Of a DNA stretch of 33,539 bases, positions 1-8,425 are shown piece after piece. The notes beneath the pieces are model-generated. The model searched no databases, had not been told where the DNA came from, and saw only the letters and a program-made list of their open reading frames with translations. The stretch spans positions 1-33,539 of the forward strand of contig CAYPWQ010000001.1 in assembly GCA_964414495.1 (NCBI GenBank), given 5' to 3'. Numbering within the stretch: position 1 is the stretch's first letter; every line of letters begins with the position of its first letter. This DNA comes from an uncultured Oscillospiraceae bacterium. Lineage in GTDB: Bacteria > Bacillota > Clostridia > Oscillospirales > Oscillospiraceae. Made by a program: the position numbers and the translations under genes.

Positions 1-1
1 G

Positions 2-343
2 GCGAAGTGGGACAAGATCATCGAGGTCCGCACCGCCGTCAACGGCGTGCTGGAGACCGCCCGCGCCGAGAAGAAGATCGGCAAGAGCCTGGAGGCCGAC
101 GTGCATCTGACCGTTCCCGCCGAGGATGCCTTCCTCGCCGGGATGGACGGCGCGGAGCTGGCCGATCTGCTGATCGTCTCTCAGGTGGAGGTCACGGTGG
201 GCGACGCCGTCGCCGCCTCCGCCGAGGAAGCTGCCGGCACCAAGTGCCCCCGCTGCTGGAAGCACAGCACCGCGGCGGATGCCGAGACCGGTCTCTGCCC
301 CCGCTGCCACGATGTGGTGGGCAAGATCCCCATGCTGCTGTAA
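2..343 (+). CDS. ileS: Isoleucyl-tRNA synthetase, C-terminal fragment (5' end outside window)
   Basis: The frame is open from the window edge (same frame as ORF 47..343). The translation KWDKIIEVRTAVNGVLETARAEKKIGKSLEADV...CPRCWKHS...CPRCHDVV ends in the CxxC...CxxC zinc ribbon typical of bacterial IleS C-termini. A strong terminator follows. Confidence 0.85.
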   Translation, partial: AKWDKIIEVRTAVNGVLETARAEKKIGKSLEADVHLTVPAEDAFLAGMDGAELADLLIVSQVEVTVGDAVAASAEEAAGTKCPRCWKHSTAADAETGLCPRCHDVVGKIPMLL

Positions 344-361
344 AAAAGAAAATCGAAGAAA

Positions 362-393
362 AGCCGCCCCGGCCATGCCGGGGCGGCTTTTTG
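362..393 (+). terminator. Rho-independent terminator after ileS
   Basis: AGCCGCCCCGGC / GCCGGGGCGGCT forms a 12-bp GC stem (362-373 with 377-388) with a 3-nt loop, followed by TTTTT. Confidence 0.8.
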
Positions 394-516
394 CGCGGAA
401 AAAAGTCTGTATTTTTCTGTATAAACGTGCCCCAATAATAGGGGGACGCACAAAAATGATATCGAAGAAAGCGATTTTGCCAACGAAATCACAATGTCGT
501 TTTACAGGGAATCGGC

Positions 517-546
517 TTGCAAATGGTAATGGCGGTATGCTATATT
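517..546 (+). promoter_or_regulatory. Candidate sigma-70 promoter of the first peptide-transporter operon
   Basis: TTGCAA (517-522), an 18-nt spacer ending in TGc (extended -10), then TATATT (541-546). It lies about 155 nt upstream of the ATG at 701. Confidence 0.45.
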
Positions 547-700
547 CTCAGGCGGACAATTTGAACAGCAGGCTGCGCGGCGGACGTCCGCCTGTGTCGT
601 TTCCGATGGAAACGACAATGAGCTTTGACGCCGGACGCCGAACGCGGAGCGGGCGGTTTCAGATTGATTCATTTCATAAGAAAAAGGAGAAAGATTACAG

Positions 701-2344
701 ATGAAAAGTGCAAAGCTGAAGAAGATCCTTTCGCTCATGCTGGCCATGCTGCTGGTGCTCTCTGTGACCGCTGGCTGCGCCGGTGGCACCGAGCCGGAGG
801 GCGACGGCGAGGGCGACGGTGAGCAGGTCGAGAAGGTCCTGACCTGGAACCTGGGTTCCGCTCCCTCCGCGCTGGATCCCATGCTCATGGGCACCTATAA
901 CATGCAGGTCGTCAACAACACCTTCGAGGGCCTGATGCGCATGTACGACGGCGAGCTGATCCCCGGCCTGGCCGAGAGCTATGAGCTTTCCGACGACGGT
1001 CTGACCTATACTTTCCACCTGCGCGATGCCAAGTGGTCCGACGGTCAGCCTGTCACGGCCAACGACTTCATCTTCGCCTGGATCCGCATGCTCAATCCGG
1101 ATCTGAAGATGTACTACAGCACGCAGATGTTCTATATCAAGAACGCCAGAGCCTATTATAACGGCGAGTGCACCGCAGACGAGCTGGGTCTGACCGCTGT
1201 GGACGACAAGACGCTCGTGGTGGAGATGGAGACTCCCACTCCCTTCTTCCTGGCGCTCACCGCTTTCAACATCTATTACCCCGTCCGCGAGGACGTGGCA
1301 GACGATGAGGGCCAGTGGTCCCTGAACCCCGAGACCTACTACTGCACCGGCCCCTTCACGCTGGCTGAGTTCAAGCTGAACGAGAGCCTGACCCTGGTCA
1401 AGAACGAAAACTACTGGAATGCCGAGAACGTGCATCTGGACAAGCTGGTCGTCACCTTCATCGAGGATGCGAACAGCTGCCTGACCGCTTACCGCGCAGG
1501 CGATATCGACGTGTTCAAGAACGTCCCCACCCAGGAGATCGCCACGCTGAAGGCCAGCGACACCGAGTTCCATGTGGTCCCCATGCTGGGCGTTGAGTAC
1601 TATGTGTTCAACAATGCCAAGGCTCCCCTGGACAACGTCTCCGTCCGCAAGGCTCTGACGCTGGCCATTGACCGCACCGCTCTCGTGGAGAACGTGACCA
1701 AGGCGGGCGAGATGCCCTGCGCCGGTGACGTGACGCACGACATCCTGCTCTCCGACGGCACGGAATTCAGAGAGAGCGCCGGCAACTATGACATCGACCT
1801 GACCAAGGCCTCCGTGGAAGAGGCACAGAAGCTCCTGGCAGAGGCGGGCTATCCCAACGGCGAGGGCTTCCCCGAGCTGACCCTGGTGTACAACAACGAC
1901 GGCGTGAAGAAGAGCACCGCCGAGGCGATCCAGCAGATGTGGAAGGAGAACCTGGGCATCACCATCAAGCTGGAGGGCGTGGAGAACTCCGTGCTGGGTC
2001 AGATCAGATCCGGCGGTGACTTCGACATCGCCCGCTGGGGCTGGTCCGCGGACTATCCGGATCCCAACACCTATCTGAGCGTCTGGACCAGCGATTCCTC
2101 CAGCAACTGCGCCCGCTTCTTCAACGAGGAGTTTGACCAGTGCATCGCTGACGCTGCCAACGCCACCGGCACCGAGCGCGACAAGCTGCTGCTGCGCGCC
2201 GAGGAGATCCTGATCGGCGAGAACTACGCCATCACTCCCCTGTATGAGACCGTGGACACCAGCATGGTCCGCAGCAGCATCGTGGGCTGGGACAAGACGG
2301 GCTTCAACGGCTGGTTCTTCGGCTTTGCCGACATCGTGGAATAA
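701..2344 (+). CDS. ABC transporter substrate-binding lipoprotein, family 5 (oligo/dipeptide type)
   Basis: 547 aa. Signal peptide with lipobox LSVTAGC, then an acidic Gly/Glu/Asp linker. The SBP5-like body includes LTWNLGSAPSALDP and AESYELSDDGLTYTFHLRDAKWSDG. AAGGAG SD at 684-689. First gene of an operon with permeases and ATPases. Confidence 0.9.
   Translation: MKSAKLKKILSLMLAMLLVLSVTAGCAGGTEPEGDGEGDGEQVEKVLTWNLGSAPSALDPMLMGTYNMQVVNNTFEGLMRMYDGELIPGLAESYELSDDGLTYTFHLRDAKWSDGQPVTANDFIFAWIRMLNPDLKMYYSTQMFYIKNARAYYNGECTADELGLTAVDDKTLVVEMETPTPFFLALTAFNIYYPVREDVADDEGQWSLNPETYYCTGPFTLAEFKLNESLTLVKNENYWNAENVHLDKLVVTFIEDANSCLTAYRAGDIDVFKNVPTQEIATLKASDTEFHVVPMLGVEYYVFNNAKAPLDNVSVRKALTLAIDRTALVENVTKAGEMPCAGDVTHDILLSDGTEFRESAGNYDIDLTKASVEEAQKLLAEAGYPNGEGFPELTLVYNNDGVKKSTAEAIQQMWKENLGITIKLEGVENSVLGQIRSGGDFDIARWGWSADYPDPNTYLSVWTSDSSSNCARFFNEEFDQCIADAANATGTERDKLLLRAEEILIGENYAITPLYETVDTSMVRSSIVGWDKTGFNGWFFGFADIVE
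797..820 (+). repeat. Two tandem 12-nt units (GAGGGCGACGGC / GAGGGCGACGGT) encoding the EGDG-EGDG linker
   Basis: Direct reading of 797-808 and 809-820 shows 11 of 12 identical positions. The repeat lies in the post-lipobox linker of the SBP. Confidence 0.85.
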
Positions 2345-2358
2345 GAGGCGAGTCTGAA

Positions 2359-3210
2359 ATGAAAGTCTATATTTCCGTGGATATGGAAGGGATGGCAGGT
2401 ATCTGCCATCCCCGCCAGGAAATGGACGATCAGGTCCGTTTCCGCAGGAATATGCAGCAGCAGGTGGAATGGGTCATCGAGGGCATCCTGCAGAGCGAGC
2501 GCAACAGCGAGATCACCGAGATCACGGTGGCGGATTCCCACGGCGGCGGCCGGAACCTGGGCTATGACCTCTGCGAGATGGATGAGCGCGTCAGCCTCAT
2601 CAGCGGCACGCCGCGGCCGGAATACATGATGCCTGCGCTGTCGGGCGAGTACGATGTGGCCTTCCTGGTGGGGTATCACAGCGGTGTGGGCGAGGCCTGC
2701 GCCAACATGAACCACTCCTATCATGGCAGAAACATCCATGATTTCCGCATCAATGGCAAATACATGAACGAGGCCACGATCAACTCCGCCTATGCGGGCT
2801 ACTGCGGTGTGCCCGTGGGACTGGTCATCGGCGATTCCGGTCTGCAGAAGCAGCTGCTGGACGACGGCATGATGCCCTGGGTGGAGTATGTCAAGACGAA
2901 GGATTCCCTCAGCTTCCTCTCGGCCAAGTTCCGCTCCCCCATTGCGCTGCGCCGCGAGACCATCGAGAAGGTCGGTCTGGTGCTGAGCAAGGATCTCAGC
3001 CAGATCCCCCTCTATCAGATCGAAGCGCCCTATACGCTGCACATCGAGTGCAACATGTGCTCCATGCTGGACATGGCGGCGACGATCCCCGGCGTCAAGG
3101 TGCTGGATGGACGCACGCTGGAGCTGGATTTTGACGATTACAAGAAGCTGTTCAACGGAATCCTGACGGTGGGCAATCTCATCGCCAGAGGTTATCCCGG
3201 CGATCGGTAA
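2359..3210 (+). CDS. dppA: M55-family D-aminopeptidase (B. subtilis DppA type)
   Basis: 283 aa. The N-terminus MKVYISVDMEGMAGI and ADSHGGG match the hallmark start and metal-ligand region of Bacillus DppA D-aminopeptidase as I recall it. It starts 14 nt after the SBP stop. Confidence 0.82.
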   Translation: MKVYISVDMEGMAGICHPRQEMDDQVRFRRNMQQQVEWVIEGILQSERNSEITEITVADSHGGGRNLGYDLCEMDERVSLISGTPRPEYMMPALSGEYDVAFLVGYHSGVGEACANMNHSYHGRNIHDFRINGKYMNEATINSAYAGYCGVPVGLVIGDSGLQKQLLDDGMMPWVEYVKTKDSLSFLSAKFRSPIALRRETIEKVGLVLSKDLSQIPLYQIEAPYTLHIECNMCSMLDMAATIPGVKVLDGRTLELDFDDYKKLFNGILTVGNLIARGYPGDR

Positions 3211-3231
3211 GGAATCCAAGGATTAGAGCAG

Positions 3232-3271
3232 GGTCTCTGCCGCGGTGCCTGAGCTGCACCCGGCAGAGACC
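3232..3271 (+). promoter_or_regulatory. Intra-operon stem-loop between the SBP/D-aminopeptidase genes and the permease genes
   Basis: GGTCTCTGCCG (3232-3242) pairs perfectly with CGGCAGAGACC (3261-3271), 11 bp. An inner 5-bp extension (3244-3248 with 3256-3260) is possible. It is followed by TTGTTGATACATTT. The track's ATG at 3245 lies inside this hairpin. Confidence 0.6.
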
Positions 3272-3307
3272 TTGTTGATACATTTCGTACAGCACACGGG
3301 AGGTACT

Positions 3308-4240
3308 GTGAGAAGTTATATTTTGAAGCGCCTGCTGTCAACGGTGCTGACCATTTTTATCGTGGTCGTCGTGACGTTCGTGCTGATGCACGCCATTCCC
3401 GGCGGGCCGTTCGACGATATTGTCCAGGGCATCAGCCAGGAATCGCTGGATGCGATCAATGCCCGCTATCATCTGGATGAGCCGGTCATGAAGCAGTTCG
3501 TCCGCTATGTGGGCGGGCTGCTCAAGGGAGATATGGGCCCGTCCTACCGTATGCCGGGGCAGACGGTCAACGACCTCATCGGCCAGGGCTTTCCGGTCTC
3601 GGCCAGAGTCGGCGTGGTGGCCATCCTTGTGATCCTGGTGCTGGGCGTCGGTCTCGGCGTGGTGTCGGCGCTGTGCAGCGGAAAGCTGCCGGAATACATC
3701 ATTACCGTGTTCACCACGCTGGGCACCTCCATTCCGGGCTTTGTGGTGGCCACGTCCATCCTCTATTTCTTCAGCGAGCTCTGGTCGGTGCTGCCCAGCA
3801 ACGGACTGACCAGCTGGAAGCACTATATCGGCCCGGTGGCGGCGCTGAGCCTGTTTTCCATGGCCTTTGTGATCCGGCTCACCGCCTCCAATCTGCGGGA
3901 CGTGCTCAATCAGGACTATATCCGCACGGCACGGGCCAACGGACTTCCGGAATACAAGGTGATCTTTCAGTATGCCATGCGCAACGCCCTGCTGCCGGTG
4001 GTGACTTACATCGGCCCAACGGCGGCGTCCATCCTGACGGGCTCCTTTGTGGTGGAATCGGTCTTCACGATCCCGGGTCTCGGCAAGTACTTTGTCAACA
4101 GCATCAGCAGCCGGGACTATCTGGTGCTGATGGGCGTGACGCTGTTTTATGCGGTGCTGGTGATCGTGATCCTGTTCCTGATTGATATCGTATATGCGTT
4201 GATTGATCCCCGCATCAAGCTGGGACGGGAGGGCACATGA
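3308..4240 (+). CDS. ABC peptide transporter permease (DppB/OppB type)
   Basis: GTG start at 3308 preceded by GGGAGG (3298-3303). VRSYILKRLLSTVL is the canonical start of this family. EAA-loop region YIRTARANGLPEYKV. The start is less certain than the gene itself. Confidence 0.88.
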   Translation: MRSYILKRLLSTVLTIFIVVVVTFVLMHAIPGGPFDDIVQGISQESLDAINARYHLDEPVMKQFVRYVGGLLKGDMGPSYRMPGQTVNDLIGQGFPVSARVGVVAILVILVLGVGLGVVSALCSGKLPEYIITVFTTLGTSIPGFVVATSILYFFSELWSVLPSNGLTSWKHYIGPVAALSLFSMAFVIRLTASNLRDVLNQDYIRTARANGLPEYKVIFQYAMRNALLPVVTYIGPTAASILTGSFVVESVFTIPGLGKYFVNSISSRDYLVLMGVTLFYAVLVIVILFLIDIVYALIDPRIKLGREGT

Positions 4241-5433
4241 GAGAGATAGTAATGAACGACGAGCTCTGGACCGCTGCGCCCGCAGGCCGGGAGGAGCGCG
4301 CACCCATGCAGGGAAAGCCCCTCTCCTACTGGAGACGGGTCTGCCGCCGCTTCCTCCGCTATCCCCTGTCGCTGCCGGGGATCGCGGTCAGCGTGATCGT
4401 GATGCTGGCCGCAGCCTTTGGCCCCGGCATGACGGGTCATGCGTTTGACAAGGTGGATCTGGATATGATCAATCTGCCGCCGGTGCTGGATGTGTATCAG
4501 CTGGATGAGGACACGTTCCTGTATCTCCACAGGGAGTATTACTTCCTGCGGGTCACGGAGAACGGCGAGATCCTGGAGAAGCTGGGCGGCTGGTCGGATG
4601 ACGCGGCAGAGAACACACGCACTCTCCGGCTGGAGGGTCATGAGCTGCTGATCGACTTTGACGGAGAGATCATCAAGCGGCCCGGAAAGCCGGATCAGAA
4701 GAAGGCACTGGTGTATCTGGACGGCGAGCTGTTCGGGCCGAGCCTGCGCGTATGGAACCGCAGCTATCTGCTGGGCACGGACAATCTGGGCAGAGATGTG
4801 CTGACGCGCACCCTCATGGGGGCGCGCACCTCGGTCATCATCGCCATCGCCGCCACGCTGATCAACAGCATCATCGGCATATTCTACGGCGGGATCGCGG
4901 GCTACTGCGGCGGTCGGGCGGACGATCTGATGATGCGCTTTGTGGATATCCTCAGCACCATCCCCACTACGCTGATCGTGATCATGCTGATGGTGGTGAT
5001 CGGCTCCGGCATCAAAACGCTGATCATCGCCATGGGCATCGCCAACTGGACGACCATGGCGCGGATCGTGAGAGGCCAGGTGCTCAGCCTGAAGGAGCGG
5101 GAATTCATCCTGGCGGCCCGGGCGGCCAACGGCAGATGGTTCTGGAATCTGACGCGCCACCTGCTGCCCAACGCGGCGGCATCGATCCTGGTGTGCATGA
5201 CCATGATGATCCCGGGCGCGGTATTTTCAGAGTCCTTCCTCAGCTTTATCGGCCTCGGCGTCAGCGCGCCGAATACCTCCTGGGGCACGCTGGTCAGCGA
5301 GGGGATCTACGGCATCCGTTCCTTCCCCTATCAGCTTTTTGTGCCGGCGGCGTCCATCTGCATCACCATTCTGGCGTTCAATTTCATCGGCATGGGCGTG
5401 CAGCGGGCGATCGACCCGTATGAAGGGAGATGA
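4237..5433 (+). CDS. ABC peptide transporter permease (DppC/OppC type) with enlarged extracytoplasmic loop
   Basis: ATGA overlap with the upstream stop. LGTDNLGRDVLTR and EFILAARAANG motifs are present. Alternative starts at 4252 or 4306 are possible (GGGAGGAG lies upstream of 4306). Confidence 0.88.
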   Translation: MREIVMNDELWTAAPAGREERAPMQGKPLSYWRRVCRRFLRYPLSLPGIAVSVIVMLAAAFGPGMTGHAFDKVDLDMINLPPVLDVYQLDEDTFLYLHREYYFLRVTENGEILEKLGGWSDDAAENTRTLRLEGHELLIDFDGEIIKRPGKPDQKKALVYLDGELFGPSLRVWNRSYLLGTDNLGRDVLTRTLMGARTSVIIAIAATLINSIIGIFYGGIAGYCGGRADDLMMRFVDILSTIPTTLIVIMLMVVIGSGIKTLIIAMGIANWTTMARIVRGQVLSLKEREFILAARAANGRWFWNLTRHLLPNAAASILVCMTMMIPGAVFSESFLSFIGLGVSAPNTSWGTLVSEGIYGIRSFPYQLFVPAASICITILAFNFIGMGVQRAIDPYEGR

Positions 5434-6437
5434 GCACCGTGGAAACGAATGAAACGCTGCTGCAGGTGCAGGGGCTGGAGACCTCCTTCTTTACCGACGT
5501 GGGAGAGGTGCACGCGGTGCGGGATCTGTCCTTTTCCGTGAAACGCGGCGAGATCATCGGCATCATCGGTGAATCCGGTTGCGGCAAGAGCGCCACGGCG
5601 CTGTCGCTCATGGGCCTGCTGCCGGGAAAGGGCCGGGTGAAGGGCGGAAAGGCGCTGTTCCGGGGACAGGAGATCCTGAACCTGTCGGAAAAGGAACGGG
5701 CCGCTCTCCGCGGCAGGCATATTTCCATGATCTTTCAGGATTCCATGACCTCACTGAATCCGGTGTTCACCATTGGCAGCCAGATGTCCGATGTGCTGCG
5801 CCACCACCGGAAGCTCAGCCGGGAGGAAGCCCGGGCACGGGTGATCGAGCTGCTGAACATGGTGGAGATCCCTGAGGCGGAGAAGAATTACGGGGCCTAT
5901 CCGCACGAGCTCTCCGGCGGTATGCGGCAGCGGGTCAATATTGCCATGGCCCTTTCCTGTCAGCCGGAGCTGCTGCTGGCGGACGAGCCCACGACGGCGC
6001 TGGACGTGACGCTGCAGGCGCAGATCCTGGCGCTGATGCGCCGTATGACGGCGGAGCAGGGCACGGCCGTGCTGCTGATCACCCACGATCTGAGCGTGAT
6101 CGCCAACACCTGCTCCCACGTGATCGTGATGTACGCGGGCCAGATCGTGGAGGAGGGCCCGGTGGAGGATCTCTTTGCGGGCCCGAAGCATCCCTATACG
6201 GCGGGCCTGCTGAAAACGGTGCGGGATCTGAGCGAGGAGCGGAAGGATCGGCTCTACTGCATTCCCGGAACGCCGCCGCGCCTGATCGAGCTCGCCCCCG
6301 GCTGCCCCTATGCGGACAGATGCAGCCGCGCCATGAAGATCTGCCGCGCCTATGAGCCGGAGAATTACACGGTGGGCCGGCAGAAGGTGCGCTGCTGGCT
6401 CTATGACGAGGCGTGCCCCTGCGGAGGTGAGAAGTGA
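5430..6437 (+). CDS. ABC transporter ATP-binding protein (OppD/DppD type)
   Basis: Walker A GESGCGKS, signature LSGGMRQR, Walker [13 protein letters not shown], and a Cys-rich C-terminal oligopeptide-ATPase tail. ATGA overlap with the permease gene. Confidence 0.94.
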   Translation: MSTVETNETLLQVQGLETSFFTDVGEVHAVRDLSFSVKRGEIIGIIGESGCGKSATALSLMGLLPGKGRVKGGKALFRGQEILNLSEKERAALRGRHISMIFQDSMTSLNPVFTIGSQMSDVLRHHRKLSREEARARVIELLNMVEIPEAEKNYGAYPHELSGGMRQRVNIAMALSCQPELLLADEPTTALDVTLQAQILALMRRMTAEQGTAVLLITHDLSVIANTCSHVIVMYAGQIVEEGPVEDLFAGPKHPYTAGLLKTVRDLSEERKDRLYCIPGTPPRLIELAPGCPYADRCSRAMKICRAYEPENYTVGRQKVRCWLYDEACPCGGEK

Positions 6438-7405
6438 TGACGGAACCCATTCTGGAAGTTGACAAGCTGTGCAGATATTTTGCCCCCACAGGCCTGCGCC
6501 GGAAGCAGCGCGCGCTGGTGCGCGCGGTGGACAACGTGTCCTTTACTGTGGGGCGCGGCGAGATATTCGGCATTGTGGGCGAGTCCGGCTGCGGCAAGAG
6601 CACGCTGGGCAAGACCATACTGCGGCTGCTGGAGCCCAGCAGCGGCACGGCCCGTTTTGAGGGTGAGGATATCTATTCTGCGGGCGGCCGGGAGCTGGCC
6701 CGCCTGAGAAGAAAAATGCAGATCGTGTTTCAGGATCCCTATGCCTCGCTGGATCCGCACATGAGCATCCGCTCCATCGTGAGAGAGCCGCTGGACATCG
6801 CCGCGGAGCTGCCCATGGAGGAGCGGACCCGGCGGATCGAGTCGCTGATGGAGCGCGTGGGGATGCACCGGGACTATCTGGATCGCTTCCCTTACGAATT
6901 TTCCGGCGGACAGCGGCAGCGGATCTGTATTGCAAGAGCCCTGGCGCTGGAGCCGAAGCTGCTGGTCTGCGACGAGCCTGTCTCGGCGCTGGACGTGTCG
7001 GTGCAGAGCCAGGTGCTGAATCTGTTCCGGGATCTGCAGGAGGAGCTGGGACTGACGTATCTGTTCATTTCCCACGACCTGTCCGTGATCCAGCATATCA
7101 GCGACCGGATCTGCGTCATGTATCTGGGCCAGGTGGTGGAGCTGGGCAGCACGGAGCGGGTCTACAGCAGTCCCGCGCATCCCTACAGCAAGTGTCTGCT
7201 CTCTGCTGCGCTGAAGCCCATCCCGGCCTCCGGCGGGACGGCCCCGCTCCCGTTCGTGCGGGGAGATGCCGGCGGAAAGGCGGTGCCGGAGAACGGCTGC
7301 CGCTTCTGCCCCCGGTGCCCCTACGCAACAGCTATCTGCCGGGAGCAGCCGCCGGAGCTGAAAGAGGTGGAGCCGGGTCGGCTGGTCAGATGCCGCCATG
7401 TGTGA
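6434..7405 (+). CDS. ABC transporter ATP-binding protein (OppF/DppF type)
   Basis: Walker A GESGCGKS, signature FSGGQRQR, Walker B LLVCDEPVSALD. GTGATGA overlap with the preceding gene. Confidence 0.94.
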   Translation: MMTEPILEVDKLCRYFAPTGLRRKQRALVRAVDNVSFTVGRGEIFGIVGESGCGKSTLGKTILRLLEPSSGTARFEGEDIYSAGGRELARLRRKMQIVFQDPYASLDPHMSIRSIVREPLDIAAELPMEERTRRIESLMERVGMHRDYLDRFPYEFSGGQRQRICIARALALEPKLLVCDEPVSALDVSVQSQVLNLFRDLQEELGLTYLFISHDLSVIQHISDRICVMYLGQVVELGSTERVYSSPAHPYSKCLLSAALKPIPASGGTAPLPFVRGDAGGKAVPENGCRFCPRCPYATAICREQPPELKEVEPGRLVRCRHV

Positions 7406-7442
7406 GCGCGGGGACATATTTTCCGGGAAAAACAACAAAGGA

Positions 7443-7470
7443 GAAGCGGCAGCGCCGCTTCCCCTTTTTC
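7443..7470. terminator. Bidirectional rho-independent terminator between convergent genes
   Basis: GAAGCGGC / GCCGCTTC stem (7443-7450 with 7454-7461). It is followed by CCCTTTTTC on the + strand and by TCCTTTGTTGTTTTTCC on the - strand. Confidence 0.75.
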
Positions 7471-7507
7471 TCTTTGCGTTCTGCGGGCGGAGGACTTCCT
7501 CCGTCGT

Positions 7508-8392
7508 TCAGTTCATGGGGCGCAGCTCCTCGCCGTCCTCGCGGATCAGGATCACACTGCCCTTTTCCCATCGGAGGGTGAAGACATGCTCCGCCGGCGG
7601 CTCGTCCTGCGTGACGGCCCGCACACGGAGGGTGCCGTCCGACTCCTGCGCGAAGGAGAGATCATACCACTGCGAGAGATAGGTGTTTTCGGAGACGGTC
7701 TCCTCCCCCTCCCGCACCGTCAGCGTGAAGGTGAAGAGCCCGGAGGTGCGCCCAAGACCCAGACGGCACTGCTCCCTTTCCCCGTCGCCGTCCGCATCGG
7801 CATAGGCGATGCCGTAAAAGGCCCCCGGCAGAAAGTCCACGTCCACGCGGCGGCCCAGAATGGGATGACAGTGGGCATAGCGGTCATCCGTGGACGGAAC
7901 GGAGGAGAGCATGGCGCCGAAATAGCCCTGGTGATCCGCTTCGGCATCGTCTGTCAGCAGCCAGCCCTCGGTCAGCAGCTCACCGGCGGCATCCGGCGCA
8001 TAGAGCGCGCGGGTCAGAAAGGCATAGCTCTCCTCCACCAGAAAGGGTTCGCCGTCTTTGCCGTCGCGGTCGTAAAAGCGCAGGGCGTAGCGCTGACCGT
8101 CAAAGCGAAGCTGCTTGACGAAATACTGCCCGCCCTGATCGGAATAGCCCTGATAGAGCGAGACTTCGATTTCACGTCCTGCGGCGCTTTCATTCACAAA
8201 GTCGTACCAGAGAGCCTCTCCCGCAAGGAGCTGTGAGCCGTCCAGCACCACGCAGCCGTCGGCCGCGGCCTGCTCAGCGGTGTAGCCCGTGAGCGTTTCC
8301 TCCAGCGGAGGGACTTCGGCGGCGGGCGCGCAGGCCGCAAGGCACAGCGCCGCCGCAAGGATGAGGAAAAGGGAAAGCGATCGTTGCTTCAT
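7508..8392 (-). CDS. Hypothetical secreted lipoprotein
   Basis: Start placed at MKQRSLSL (8392) because AAGGAGG lies immediately upstream; the track's extra MKRRNP codons are that SD. Signal peptide with lipobox LAAC. I recognise no family. It lies 33 nt downstream of the rsmH-like gene on the same strand. Confidence 0.72.
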   Translation of the reverse strand: MKQRSLSLFLILAAALCLAACAPAAEVPPLEETLTGYTAEQAAADGCVVLDGSQLLAGEALWYDFVNESAAGREIEVSLYQGYSDQGGQYFVKQLRFDGQRYALRFYDRDGKDGEPFLVEESYAFLTRALYAPDAAGELLTEGWLLTDDAEADHQGYFGAMLSSVPSTDDRYAHCHPILGRRVDVDFLPGAFYGIAYADADGDGEREQCRLGLGRTSGLFTFTLTVREGEETVSENTYLSQWYDLSFAQESDGTLRVRAVTQDEPPAEHVFTLRWEKGSVILIREDGEELRPMN

Positions 8393-8425
8393 GGGGTTCC
8401 TCCTTTTCACTGCGGCGGGCGTAGC

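Noticed and set aside
411-425. ATTTTTCTGTATAAA resembles the CodY box AATTTTCWGAAAATT. CodY represses the Bacillus dpp operon.
   Set aside because: Only 10 of 15 positions match by my count. The site is about 95 nt upstream of the candidate -35 and directly abuts the ileS terminator. This is too weak to call.
618-704. A 28-codon upstream ORF (MSFDAGRRTRSGRFQIDSFHKKKEKDYR) whose TGA overlaps the SBP ATG at 701 (ATGA).
   Set aside because: There is no convincing SD before its ATG, and the composition is that of an untranslated leader. The overlap may be coincidental. I mention it only as a possibility within the leader finding.
3245-3307. The ATG at 3245 offered by the ORF track as the start of the first permease.
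   Set aside because: It lies inside the 3232-3271 hairpin and has no SD. It adds 21 residues not seen in this family. The GTG at 3308 has GGGAGG upstream and gives the canonical xRSYILKRLL N-terminus.
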